A DNA stretch of 64,000 nucleotides, taken from positions 21,328,001 through 21,392,000 of the forward strand of contig NC_043006.1 in NCBI RefSeq assembly GCF_006345805.1, given 5' to 3'. Both the position numbers and the translations under genes were made by a program. The stretch is from Octopus sinensis (lineage: Eukaryota). Each line of letters begins with the position of its first letter. The first letter of the stretch is position 1. Below are positions 1 to 13,800 of the stretch, piece after piece. The notes beneath the pieces are model-generated. The model was not told the DNA's origin. It did not search any database and saw only the letters and a program-made list of their open reading frames with translations.

Positions 1-179
1 TCTTGATTTTAATTTTATTTGCATTTTATTTTCTCTTAAAAGATTTCGTTTATCTCGAGGTCAACAGCATTTTTTTGTCATTGAGTTAAATCTATAAGCA
101 TTTTTTTTAAAAGATATAAATATTATTTCATGCCTCACCTGTACATTCAGAGTATTTCACATTTATTAACACGCTCAGA

Positions 180-1620
180 CATTTGACAGGTCTCACTTGG
201 CGCATAAAACGAAGACTTTTATTTTTACAGTCCAACCACCGATAAATGGAAGGCCAGGAATGAGATTTAACCGACGTTATAGCTTGGAATTTAGTAAACA
301 CAAATTTATAGATTTAGTTTTCGGCAACGTGTCAATATAAATATTGATAACATCAAATATTACTGTTAGCGTGAAGCGATCTTTTTAAATTTCTTCCAGC
401 AACTTGAAGCATTTCAAATTTTCCCCGAATTATTTTCAAAAAATGTAGTTTTGATGCAGTCTTGTATGCCAAAGTACAACAATGTAGAAAATTTGAAAAC
501 AGTCAAGTGAAAATTTGGAATACTTCAAGTAGTTTGAAGAAATTTAAAAAGATCGCATGAAGCCACAAATTTACGTAGAGCTAATCGTGGCACTTCTTCA
601 GGGCAAACCTGAATATCATGGCCCAGGCTTCCAGTAGCTTTGCCCAGGATCACAAAATTTAATATTAATACTACACCATACTCTATATACTCCACTCCTT
701 CGATGTTCATGATTTTACTTCCGCATATGTTTTTCTCGAACTATTTCCCTGGCAGACTTCACTATATTGTCACTATAGTATGTTTGTCTGAATCAACGGA
801 TAACTACGATATATAATACCACCCATACTTTTGTATTATGTTGCCTATATTATTTTGAGTGAAAACTATTAAGTTTTACAGCATTTCTGCGTCCCATCGT
901 TTTGCTTATATACTGAAGAAAATCAATCAGTTTTCAATGGTTTAGCAAGCATGGTACATTTATTTTGCCGCGATCTGGCGATTACCTCGGATTAGCACCA
1001 TCTGTAAATTCATTTCTCTTACGCTATCTTTATGAATGTGTGTGTGTACATGCAGATATTTCTATTAGTGGAGCAATGTTACATCTTGACAGAACTATTG
1101 TAGAACCAAAAATAAGAAGAATTAATAACGAATTCTTAAGACAGGAAAATTACAATGAAAACCGCGAAATGAATAGAATACAGCAGCGTGAGCTACAAAT
1201 ATGATAGATGTATTATATATAAGAACGTTTGTAACAAACAGGGTAATAATAAATCAAGCAATACCAGGACAAGGAAAACTTATATGAATAAATGAAAGAC
1301 TAGTGTAAATAACGATCCTACAGAATTATATTGTGCGGAAGTTTCAGGCCCACCAGATAGGAAGGGTAAAATATGTTTTAAAGGCAATAGAAATTTCACA
1401 ATATATAAGTATAGATGCTATAGTGACAGCAAGGACCACTTTAAGGATTTTTCGGGTAAACGGGAAATATTGTGGTATAATCTGGCGTTTGAATTCCATG
1501 TATCATCCAAAATCTTTCAGACATATTACTATGCGTTGAATGAACATTTCCCCAAGTACAATAAATACCATAAGATCTTTAACAAACACACGGTGACACT
1601 ATCTTACGCAACATCTTAAA
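180..1620 (+). mobile_element. Highly decayed Penelope-like element RT relic
   Basis: Frame fragments resemble PLE RT motifs: SFDVHDF near 700 (cf. FDIVDFYPSI) and REILWYNLAF...NEHFPKYNKYHKIFNKHTVTLSY at about 1460-1612 (cf. RNIIWFNPPF...HFPK.HKLHKIFNRNTVKVSY). Many stops; boundaries approximate. Confidence 0.55.
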
Positions 1621-2009
1621 ATTTAGAATTCAGTATTTTTAAATTGAATAATATGAAACTTGATAATAGGAAACAATATGAGCAAAAATTCTGATTGTAG
1701 TAATAATATAGAAATAGTCCAACCGAGATTGAACGAGTTGAGTAATAACGGTGAGATAGATAGTGGCAAGGATCTGCTAAATGATGACAAAATAACGATC
1801 CCGATTCTATCTAGTGTGGAATATAGTGATCCTAGAAATATTACGGGAAATAGTAATGATTATGATAGAATGGGAATAATGATAAAAATACTGCTAGTCA
1901 TAGTATTAAGACAAATAATAATATTGTTAATATTAGGAACAAGAACAAATGCAACAATATTGGTGATATGAAGGTTAATAACAACAACATTAATCACATC
2001 GTTATTTTC

Positions 2010-2140
2010 AAGAAGAAGATTCCTGTTGTAATTGGTGCACTTGGCACAACATACAAACTGCTATCTAAAAGACTGATTGTCTTCAGGAAAAAACCCATCC
2101 TATCTTCTGCAAGAATCCTTAGGAAGATTCTTGAGATCGG
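2010..2140 (+). mobile_element. R4/Dong-clade LINE 3' end relic (REL endonuclease C-terminus)
   Basis: The ORF at 1968-2339 contains IPVVIGALGT...ARILRKILEI, matching the IPIIVGALG...AHILRRTLSI end of the element at 49682-49906. Confidence 0.6.
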
Positions 2141-2708
2141 AGGAAATTCGTTGTCACCAAACCTTTCTTTTGAGAAGATCTACAAACGAACTTCTTTATC
2201 ATTATTTATCATGCGATTAGAAGAAATTAACCTGGACCTATACGAACTTTTGAGTTTTTGTATCATTAATAAACTTATCTGCTCAGGTTCCTTCATATTT
2301 AAATTTGTTTACGTACAGCAGAATATCCTTTGGATTTGAAAATATCACTGAGTCGATCAGAATGAAAGTGAGAATGGAGAATTCAAACATTTTTCATTTA
2401 TGTGTGTAAAGACACTAGGGATATCATTTGAGGCTGTGTGTATAGAAACTCATTTCCTCTATTCTTTTTTTCTACATAGTAAGTAAGACATGCCATATAA
2501 GACATTGATAATATCTATATGTATCCACTATACCTGTCTGTGTGTGAGTATCAGCATATCTGTGCGTGTGAACACAGAATTCTGTAATAACTGACGCCTG
2601 ATTCCTGTACTTAAAGGATCTGCAGGACTGCTATAATTTGGCAGACATTTCGGAGTGATATATCTACAGTTATATGTCTGCAATTTTTTTTTATCGAAAT
2701 CGCTGATG

Positions 2709-3140
2709 GGGATCTTTTTGGTTTGAACGGCAGTCTTTTCTAGAGGTAAAATTGTCACCCATGATTATGACCCTAGAATCGATCTATTGAATTTCAATCT
2801 CTTTTAGGGTTAGGGTTAGTTAGAGATAGTTAGGGTTAGGGGTGGGGGAAGGGTATCTTTTTTTTCTTCACAAATGTAAATGAACCCAATCTGTTTCTTA
2901 AACGAGGGACATATTCATACGGTACAGAATGCTTTCACCTCAATAGACGGTCATTGATTGGTTGAAATTGCCGAAATGCAAGAAATTAAAGACCAAATAT
3001 CTTACAAACTATAGAATTTTCTCAATAAAGCCAAGAGAAAAAGATGTTTTATAAACACACTCTACCAGTATACGAAGTTTAAATTTTTTTAGTTACCTAG
3101 AAATTATGTTAAAAACTGCCGTTCAAACCGAAAAGATCCT
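2709..3140 (+). mobile_element. Non-autonomous TIR DNA transposon (MITE) with internal TTAGGG repeats, 6-bp TSD CTGATG
   Basis: TIRs gggatctttttggtttgaacggcagt / actgccgttcaaaccgaaaagatcct; ctgatg at 2703-2708 and 3141-3146. A second copy lies inverted at 43726-44158. Confidence 0.85.
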
Positions 3141-3251
3141 CTGATGGAATAGATATGTCACAAAAACAATAAAAACATCATTGAAAAACACAGTTATAAA
3201 ATCTTTTTGCCGAGATAGAAACTCTTAACAAGTCAATAATTTATTATATTA

Positions 3252-3464
3252 GAGCGGCGAGCTGACAGAATCGTTAGCACACCGGACAAAATGCTTAGCG
3301 ACATTTCGTCCGTCTTTTCGTTCTGAGTTCAAATTCTGCCAAGATCGACTTTGTCTTTCATCCTTTTCGCGGTAGGTAAAATAAGTATCAGTTAATCAAC
3401 GGGGTCGATGTAATCGACTTACCCCTCCGCCTAAATTGCTGGCCTTGTGTCAAAATTGGAAACC
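3252..3464 (+). mobile_element. tRNA-derived SINE family B (ggcggcgagctggcagaa... type)
   Basis: Matches the multicopy consensus seen at 33583-33812, 40123-40353 and 49011-49242; box-B-like gagttcaaattc. Confidence 0.8.
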
Positions 3465-3644
3465 AGCAGCCTGAAATGTAAAGCCCCTTTTTTCATTTCC
3501 CTAATCTTTTTTTTCATTCTATTCACCCATTTTATTGGCCGGTTAATCCAAGGCAGTAGTTTGTTTTGTTTCGTTTTGCTTGTAATATGCAAATGTAATC
3601 ATGTAAACACGCCTAATTCGGTATCTTTTATCTTTTACTAGCTA

Positions 3645-3848
3645 GTGCACCGCATTGAAGAATTTTTTGTCGAATGAATGGACTCCAGTACTGATTTTTA
3701 AGCCTGGGACTTATCCTATCGATCTCTATGTCGAACTGCTAAGTTACGTGACGTAACCACTTCAACATCGGTCATCAAGCGGTGGTGGGAACAAACTGAC
3801 AGAAAGACACACACACATATCTATCTACCTATCTATCAATCTATATAT

Positions 3849-3886
<38 letters not shown>

Positions 3887-4174
3887 TGTGTGGAGGCGAA
3901 ATGGCCCAGTGGTTAGGGCAGTGGACTCGCGGTCGTAGGATCGCGGTTTCGATTCCCAGACCGGGCGTTGAGAGTATTTATTGAGCGAAGACACCACGAG
4001 GCTCCGGCAGTGGGTGGTGGCCATCCTGCTGTACTCTTTTGCCACAACTTTCTCTCACTCTTTCTTCTCGCTTAGCCAGCAGGGCGTCGTCGTTTGAAGG
4101 CTAAAACAAAGCGAAGCGCATTGTAACGAGCGATGTGTACCAACATCTAATAGCCTGGTCGGTCACGGTGTAAA

Positions 4175-4218
<44 letters not shown>

Positions 4219-4384
4219 CATATATGACGGGCCTTCTTTCAGTTTTCGTCTACCAAATCCACTCACAAGGCTTTGGTTAACCCGAGGCTATATACACATA
4301 TATATCCAAGATAACACGCTGTGGGATTGAATCTGAAACCATGCAGTTGAGAAGTAAATTTCTTACCACACAGCTACGCCTGTG
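3645..4384 (-). mobile_element. SINE family D (ggcgcaggagtggctgtgtggtaag... type), split by a SINE A insertion
   Basis: The 3' half at about 3645-3820 and the 5' half at 4225-4384 match intact copies at 34411-34818 and 56891-57296. Confidence 0.7.
3892..4170 (+). mobile_element. tRNA-derived SINE family A (probably Arg-like head), tail type 1
   Basis: Box A tggcccagtggttagg and box B ggtttcgattccc. The same element occurs at 28637-28934 and 37493-37785. Confidence 0.85.
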
Positions 4385-5965
4385 TTATAAGTTATAAATT
4401 ATTGATAGCGCAAGTTTCTCCAACAAACGAGTTTATGCACAATACTGTTGTATCTGATCCGATATGTGTCATAACAATGATACCCTAAGAATCAATAATT
4501 ATTCTAGTATCTTGTTGCCATGTCGTTAAAAGACGAGAGAAATTGAATTTAATCAATTCAGAATGTTTGAGCAAAATATATTTTGCCTTAAAAGAACGAA
4601 AATTATAAACAATAAACGATTAATGAATGAATTAGCTTTGTATTGGTTGGTATTCATATAGAATCAGAAACCTCCCACACTTGAAACACATAATAATCCC
4701 AATTTGCTGAACCAAAAATAAACATGGCTGACTCGGACAAAAACAAATTGATTAATTTGGCGTTTGGCGATTACATCGATACCAGCACTTAACTGGTACC
4801 TTAAGTTATCGTCCCGAAAAGATGAAATTGTCTTCGGCACTATTTGAACGCAGAACACAACGAGACATTATAAATACTGGCAACGCATTTTGATTAACAT
4901 TTTATTCCCCCAGTACACTGTTCCCCATCACCTTTCACCGGCCTTTAAATAGTAATTATTAATTTATTTTCTCGATTTCTCATTCATTCAATCTATAATG
5001 AATTCAAACGTTCATTCGCCCATTCGTCCATTTGTCCGTTAAATTGTTCATCTTTTCAATCGGTCTTACTTTTTATTATTTGTTCAGTCGATCATTCGAT
5101 TATCTTCCCCGTTCTATCGTTCATAACCCATTTCGTTTTCCTTTTATTTAGTATAACATTTAATTTACTGCCTCTCTCTCTCTTTCTATCTTCATCTTCC
5201 ATGCATTTTCATCCATTCAGCAGATCGTTCAGCACAAGCCACCCATTCGTTGTTTTGCTTCATGTTCAAACTTCATTACAAATTATGCATTTAGACTTGC
5301 AAACAATTTTCAGTACCCGGGTTCTACTGAGTTGATACGAGAAAAGTTTTCACAAATATGAGATGCTAACATTATAGTTCTTTCTAAATTAGTAAGAAGG
5401 CTTGCGATTTTCAGAGGATGAGAAATAGTCGGTACCACCGACACCCGACCACGGAGGAATGAAATACAAAGTTGACCGCGGCGAAATTTGAACTCAGAAC
5501 ATAATGTATGCTAGTCCACATCTCTTTCGAAACGACAACTTCATTATTTCCGATATAGACACAAGGTTAGCAATTTTGAGGGGCGAGATTAGCTGATACC
5601 ATCGACACCATTATTTGATTAGTACTTTTTTATGGACCCCCCATTGAGATTTGATCTTAGACCGTAGAGCCGGAATAAATATCGCAAGTCATTTTTCCGA
5701 CTGTCGAACGGTTTTTGCTGCCTCGATACGTTAACAACAATAATTTCAAATTTCAGCACAACGATAGTAATTTGATGGAAGAGTTTTCTAAATCTATTGC
5801 ATCGACCCAAAATGATAAAAGCCAAAGTTTGATCTGGGAACGTACAGATGAAGAAAATGCCGCTAAGTACTTTGTTTGATGCGCTAATGATTGAGGTAGG
5901 AGGAACGACATGTTTATTACGTAGTTAAAAAAAGTTAGTTGAAAATAATGGAGGATGAAAAAATA

Positions 5966-6065
5966 NNNNNNNNNNNNNNNNNNNNNNNNNNNNNNNNNNN
6001 NNNNNNNNNNNNNNNNNNNNNNNNNNNNNNNNNNNNNNNNNNNNNNNNNNNNNNNNNNNNNNNNN
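5966..6065. other. Assembly gap (100 N)
   Basis: Run of N. Confidence 1.
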
Positions 6066-6386
6066 TTAACCAAAACCGGGTATCTTATAGTCGTGATTCA
6101 TATCGAGCCCCTCTGGGTATTAGCACGCGTCTACGATGAGTCTACGATTTAAAAAAAATTTACCATCATTTTTTTCCATTTTAACTGCATTTTTTCGCTA
6201 TTATATAAGGGAGTGAACTCTCTAAAAATGTCTACGATGAGTCAACGATTTTTTAAAAACTTTACCATCATTTTTTTTCCATTTTTAATGCATTTTTTTG
6301 CTATTTCTTTTTGGCTATAACTCTCTAAAAATGCTTATATAGTTATTTCCCTTACAAACCCGAGCAACGCCGGACGATAGTGCTAG
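6066..6386 (+). mobile_element. Non-autonomous Helitron, 5' end lost in the gap
   Basis: 3' end ccgagcaacgccgg hairpin + CTAG|T; near-identical to 23158-23558. Confidence 0.85.
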
Positions 6387-7079
6387 TATATATATATAAA
6401 CGTACGCACACATAATCACGAATCTAAACAAACTATTGAAAACAAACTACTCTACATACAAGTACATACACGCAGTACTCACAAACCAACGCACGTAGAG
6501 CGAGCAGTAAGATAGATATGGTGAGAAAAAACAGCAAGAGAGAGATTAAAAAAGAGAAGCAGAAGTAAAGAGAAAGACAAAGAGAGAGTGAGGGAGAGAA
6601 AGAGTAAAAGTGAAAGAGAGAAAGAGAGAGAGAGAGAGAGAGAGCTATAGATTACACTTGAGAAGTGAGATACATCCATCTTAGGAAATAATAGATGAAC
6701 CGGTTAAACACTAAATGTCTTCGACCGATTTGAGAGACGTGACAGCGAATGATGTTTACTTCATAATCATCCACTGTAGCATGTTTTGTGAGATGAGATG
6801 GCACTCCAGCACCGTCAGGACTACCATCTCATTAACAGCTTGTCTCAGTCTCCGTATGTATACGAATGTGCCTTTTTGGGTTTGTGCGTGCGCGTGCGCA
6901 CTTTGTGTGTTTATGCGCGCAGCGCGCGTGTCCAAATGTATGTTTGTACGTACCAGATGCACTTAGATGCTGAGTGGCCCAATATATAAGTATAGCTGCT
7001 TATGTATTCATGCATAATTCACACGAATGCACACTCCTATGCACCTACGTCTCATATGTATGTGTCTATATAATCTAAG

Positions 7080-7123
7080 TATATATATAGATATATGCTA
7101 ATATATATATATATATATATATG

Positions 7124-7159
<36 letters not shown>

Positions 7160-7545
7160 GCTAGTATATATATATATATATATATAATTATATATACCTT
7201 ATATATATATATATATATAAGCATATATATATATGCTTATATGCTTATAATATATATATATATAGTATATATATATATATGCTTATGTTTATATATATAT
7301 ATATATATATGCTTATGTTATATATAAGATATATAATATATTATATATATAGTATATATATGCTTATGTTTATATATATATAAATATGCTTATGTTATAT
7401 ATATATATATATATGCTTATGTTTATATTATATATATATATATATTATATTATATATGTATATATGCTTATGTTATATATATATGCTTATAATATAATTA
7501 TATATTATATATATAATATATAAGTGATATAAATATTATTAAAAG
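7080..7545. repeat. (TA)n-derived microsatellite with gcttatgt-type variants
   Basis: Seen directly in the sequence. Confidence 0.95.
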
Positions 7546-8140
7546 TAATAATATTACTATCCAGCAAGAAAGCGACACCACAAAAAAAAGTTGAATTATA
7601 AATACAAAGCGATTGTATACGAAGTAAGACCATTGCTAAAAATAGCAGCCAGTAAGTTATTGGTGTTATGCAGAGTTTCATTGAATGTTCATAGACGATG
7701 TTTGGGAGCGGTGACTATAGGGAAATTGTCTTATCGCTACAAAGACCGTTAGAGGAATGAGGGATAATTCAATACCAGCTGCTGTCTCTAGAAATGATCG
7801 TACTTCGTGTATATTCGCTTTGTATTTATAGTTATATACTAGCAGAAAGACCTCCCTCCGGGCGGTTTTCTGCTAGCTCGTTGATAATATTTTCACATTT
7901 GTTTCCCAGGTCTATTAACTTTTGTATTTTACGTCTAATTATTTCCTTGTATTCTACTGGTCACTTGCTTAGTAAATATTGATTTCATTATTTTATCCCA
8001 GTCAAAAACAATCTCTTTTAAACAAACATCATGGTAGTTTTAACAACAGTGGGAGAAGTAATTTGTCAAGTTTTACCTTCCCCTAAAAGCAACATAGAGA
8101 TTACAATTCAGCAGACCATCTATAAGCTTGGCAGCGTATG

Positions 8141-8171
<31 letters not shown>

Positions 8172-9686
8172 AAACATTGCAAACAATGAATGAAATAAAC
8201 ATGAAATGAAAAAATCGTTTAAATAAAAGATGTATACCCCACAACTTTGTTGCCTCCCAACATCCAGAAAAATGGATACTTTTTAACAAAATTTTCTACT
8301 TATACCGCTTAGAATTTTTCAAGTGGGTGGAGAGAAAAGTTTTAGAAATTCATACGATCTGACTGTTTCCCCTTCAGTAAATGGGTATCTTTTAATGAAA
8401 ATTTATACAAATCCCTTTCAAACGGAATTGATTACGATTATAAAGAAATTTGTGGAGAAAATTTGTTTCAGGAATTTTCCCCATTTGTTTTAAACCACAA
8501 CCTTCGAAATGACGGGGTTGGCATCTTTGCATGAAAAAAGTTTTGAAAACCGTCTTTTTTTTTTTTACAACACATCCTCTCCTCTCTCATCATCCCATTC
8601 CGGATCTATTTCGGTCAATTTTTGTGTCCTTCAAAATCATGGGAACAGCATTTTCGGTAAAAAAAATTAAAGAAAAGAGTGTTCATATTTTCTGAGGGAA
8701 AAGCGTGTGATTTAAAGGTGATTTGATAGTTGCTTCTTTATCACCCTTCCATGTATTGATGTTTTTCAATATTTTCCCCCCATAAATATATTTATAAGCT
8801 ATAAAAAAGAAAATTTGAGAAATTAATTTTTTGCAACACCACTCCCTGCCCCCAATGATTTCTGTTTAAATGTCACAATATTGGAGAGCCTGTTTAGAAA
8901 TTAAAATATTGGATAGCCTGAGAAGACCATTGCTGACATTTATCCACAGTGATTTAAAAAAATTATGGAGATGTACTTGCATAGCAAGTGGCTTGATAAG
9001 ACCGTATGCGGAAACAAAAACAATTGCAGCGTGGAAGACGGTTGTAAGTCATTCAAGAACACACAAAAACACTTTCACTTCAACAATTAAATTTCATTCG
9101 TGTCAAAATATTTTCGTCGCTTTGGAACCGTCACCTATTCACTGACAAAACTTCACGATTGTGATGCAGCACGAATTATTGTCAGTGAACAGGTCGCGGT
9201 TTCAAAGCGACGGTGAGGATAAAAATTTAGATTACAATTTATTTTGCTGTTTTTCTTCGACCAATGGACGACGCATGTGTTACTTCGACATCATCATTCT
9301 CTAAAATGTGTTTAATCGGAGAAAAATGTAGAAAAACATCAATACATGTGACGGTGAAAATGGAAGGTTGTACCTTGAATTGATCACCATTTCTTCTGAA
9401 AATATTTACAATCTGTTTTGTTTTGTTTTGTTTTATTTTTACCAAAAAGGGTCCTCCTATGGTTTTTAAGTTAAAAAGGAAAATGGCCTAAATCAGTCCG
9501 GATAGATATTATTGTAAGGCATATAGCTTTCCAAACAACCATAACAACAAAATCTCATTAAAAAATTTTTTTAACAATTATAGGGGTATTTTAATAAATT
9601 TTCATTCAATAAATAATGTTTTTATATTACATTTACATTAATAGAATAAACTGTCGGTTTTCCGATTAGTGAATTAAAACTTAAAA

Positions 9687-10260
9687 TCTATATATATAAA
9701 ACTGAGATATGTGTCTGTCTGTCTGTCTGTGTGAATCCCTAAAACTTGAGAACTACACAACCAATTTCATTCAAATTTTATACATGCCATACTTAGGGTC
9801 CATGTAGTGTCATAGGCCAAAACAATTTTTAACTTCTTGCCTAGTGCGAGCCCATAGCAATATCATATCTTCTCCACTATGAATCCCTAAAACTTGAGAA
9901 CTATACAACCAATTTCATACAAATTTTACACATGCCATACTTAGGGTCCATGTAGTGTCATGGGCAAAAAAATGTTTAACTTCTTGCCTAGGGCGAGCCC
10001 ACAGCAATATCACATCTTCTCCACTATTTCAGTATTACGTGTTAAAATTGAAACAAAGCATCTCTCTATTGTAATGTCAGATACCTTCACTTTAATAATG
10101 AAACTATTAAAGTCAAACTATCACATAAGAGGGATGAACCATTAACAGTGGACATACATTTTGCTTGAAGAAGATCTGTTATGCTCTTATATGCTACACC
10201 ACTGGTTTTCAATTCATATTAATCAAATTAATATTCAATTTTTCACCCTTATCATTTTAA
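9687..10260 (+). mobile_element. Helitron 5' portion with a 148-bp tandem duplication
   Basis: A|TCTATATATATAAAA start followed by (gtct)n, like the 23158 copy. The unit gaatccctaaaacttgag...ccactat is repeated at 9733-9880 and 9881-10027. Confidence 0.65.
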
Positions 10261-10274
10261 ATTTAAATTTACAT

Positions 10275-10281
10275 GTATATA

Positions 10282-10312
<31 letters not shown>

Positions 10313-10424
10313 GATAGATGTATACTTATACATGTATATATATAGATGTATATATATTGATGTGTGTAGATATTATATATATTATATTATATACACACAT
10401 ATATGTGTATATATATATTATTAT

Positions 10425-10455
<31 letters not shown>

Positions 10456-10546
10456 ATTTGAGGGAATATTAATCCTAACTCAGGGAAAAATTCATTTAGA
10501 AAACTAAATCAATTCATTCACACAATATATATATATTATATATATA

Positions 10547-10593
<47 letters not shown>

Positions 10594-10597
10594 ATAT

Positions 10598-10630
<33 letters not shown>

Positions 10631-10635
10631 ATAAA
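10275..10635. repeat. (TA)n/(GATA)n microsatellite
   Basis: Seen directly in the sequence. Confidence 0.9.
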
Positions 10636-10803
10636 TATTAGGGAATAAATCCAAATTTACGGGAAAAAATCAGATTTAGGATTAAATCCAATTTTATAGT
10701 AAAATATTATATAATATTATTAGAGACAAAACCACTATTTTGCAAAACAACAAGGAAAGACTTAATCAATACGTAAAATTTTAATAAAAAGTCAAAAAAA
10801 CCG

Positions 10804-10848
10804 CCACTACACAATTGTTTCTTGTCTTGATCGACAATCTTCAGGTGG
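10804..10848 (-). ncRNA. Minimal type-I hammerhead ribozyme motif
   Basis: Reverse complement reads CCAC CUGAAGA UUGUC gaucaa GACAA GAAAC aauugu GUA GUGG: stems I and II and the core are present; loop III contains the palindrome ACAAUUGU. Confidence 0.7.
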
Positions 10849-13800
10849 ACTTCCAATCTAAAATATCAATATTTTAAAATATAAAAATAATAATTTTAAA
10901 ATAATTAAAGTATTAATGAAAAAATAAATATATAATCTATTTATAACCTATATATAATCCATATATAATCAATATATAAACAATATATAAACTAAAATAA
11001 ACCTATCAACAATTAATATAAAATATAAAATATAAAATATAAAATATAAAACAAAACACAAAATAAACTATATATACAACATACACCATACGCATATAAC
11101 TAATTATATATAACCATATCTAAATACATACACTAAATCACACACTTATATATATCCCTATACATACACATAAAAACGTCTAGGCAACGATAAATAAATA
11201 AAATAGCTAAATACTTCAACACAATACTATTCATACTCCCTCACACACACATACAACCCACATTCCCGCTCTAGAAACGGACATCACTTAAAATTATGAA
11301 CGGAGAAATGGAATAAATGGAATTAAAATTATATTCACTTGGTAAAACGAACACTACTTAAAAATTATGAATGAAATAATGCAATAAAACAACAGACATC
11401 GCAAATAGACACAAATTACTACTACGAATTCCTTAACAAAACTACCATGATAAACCAAAACTCATAAAAACATATAATGATAAAATCTCCCTTTACTAAA
11501 CTCTATAACATACCTATATAGCAATCCCCCTAACCTAAACATTCACACACAAATACACACACGTAAACCACACACCACCCACGACATATACAAATACCCA
11601 CCCCACTTACACATACCTATACATACATATAAACCTCAACATATACTCCAAAACCCTCAACCCCACACAGACAATAAACACATACATCCCCAAACCTAAA
11701 TAGCAAACCCATAACACATTCACACACAAATATACATACGTAAAACACACACCATATACATATACATACTCACCAAACTCGATATATACAACAATATTAA
11801 CACACCCACATTCATACAGATAACAAACTACACACAACCAAAACATACGCACACCACTCACACACAATCCCACATACATAAACACTCCAAAGAAAAACAA
11901 CATTATTACACATAATACGATATATAAAATACATCGTAAGTAACCAGAATATCAAAAATAACAATATGACATAAGGAGAAATAATATACATACTTCAAGT
12001 CAGTTTCAAATTATGAAGTGAAATTAAATTCTAATCCGTTAAAAACATCAAACCAAATTACGTTACCATAGGAACATAACTTATGTATAAAAAGAATACG
12101 CGCTATGGAAGCCAACCTCACTTAAAATTATGAATGGAGAAATAAATAATGGAATTAAAATTATATACACGCGGTAAACCAACATTATTTAAAAAATTAT
12201 GAATGGATTCTTTTATAAAACTACCATGATAAACTAAAACTCACAAAAACATAAATGATAAAACCTCCCTTTACTAAACCCTATAACATACTTATTATAG
12301 CAATCCCTTAACCTATACATTCACACACAATACACACACGTAAACCACACACCCATAACAAATACAAACACCCCACCCCACTCACACCACACCCACAAGT
12401 ACATATAAGCCTCAACATATACACCAAAACAAAATTACGTTACCAGGAACTTAACATATGTATAAAAAGTATTCCCGCTCTGGAAACGAACATCTTTTAA
12501 AATTATGAATGGAGAAATGGAATAAATGGAATTAAAAATAATATTCACGTAGCAAAACGAACACCACTCAAAATTATGAATGAAACAATGTAATAAAACA
12601 ACAAACATCGTAAATAGACAAATTACCACGAATTCCCTAAAAAACCATGATAAAAAACCAAAACTCATAAAAACATATAACGATAAAATCTCCTTTGCTA
12701 AACTCTATAACAAACCTATATAGCAATCCCCCTAACCTAAACATTCACACACAAATACACCACGTAAACCACAGACCACGACTTATATACAAATACCCAC
12801 CTCACTCACACATACCTATACTAACTTATAAACCTCAATATACACCAAAAACCCACTCCCTCCCCACACAGACAATTAACACATACATCCCCAAACCTAT
12901 ATAACAAACCCATATACACATTCACACACAAACACACACACACGCAAAACACACACACACAACATACACTATACTCCCTCACATATACGCATATACATAC
13001 TCACTAAACTCGATATATACAACAATATTTACACACCCACACTCATACAGATAAATAAATTATACAACTAAAAAACGCACACACTCACACACAATCTTAC
13101 ATACATAAACACTCCAATAAAAACAACATTAAATACATCGTAATTAACCAGAATATCAAAAATAACAATATGACATTAGTTCATTTTTAATGTATATTAA
13201 TATAACAGTTTATGGTATGTTAAAACTTTAATAATTTATATTAGATTAGATTTTTTTATTTTCTTTAATTATATATTTTTTTATTTTATTTATTTTATTA
13301 TGTATTTTTATTATGCATTTGTTATATGTATATTGGAGGATATATTTATATGATGATGGGTGTTATTTAGTGGTGTATATATTGAGTTTTGTATGTATGT
13401 GTGAATGTTTACGATCCCTTTGTTTTTTATTTGGTACGTTGAATTGACAGATTTTATTTGGGTATTGTCTGTTATAATAAAGTACACACACCCATAACAA
13501 ATATAAGTGCCCACTTCATTCGCGCGTACCTGGAATTGCATGTGAGCCTCAACATATAGACCAAATGGCCACTCCCGCCCCACACGGACAAATAAACACA
13601 TACATCCCCAAAGATGGGCGCAATCCCACTCACACCAATCATACATGTATACAATTATACACACAAGAACAATACATAACTAACCCAAATATACAGAACA
13701 TACCACAAATCACCAACAAACCACCATGACAAATGAAACCCACACCCATACAATGACAAAACTCCCCCCTCCATACCCAATTTACACCCACATAGCAATC

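Noticed and set aside
2805-2850. TTAGGG repeats as a true telomere or fusion scar
   Set aside because: Only a few units, internal to a TSD-flanked TIR element present twice.
11265-13176. Repeated motifs with variable spacing resembling a CRISPR array
   Set aside because: Eukaryotic context, nested duplications of long units, no constant repeat/unique spacer pattern and no cas genes.
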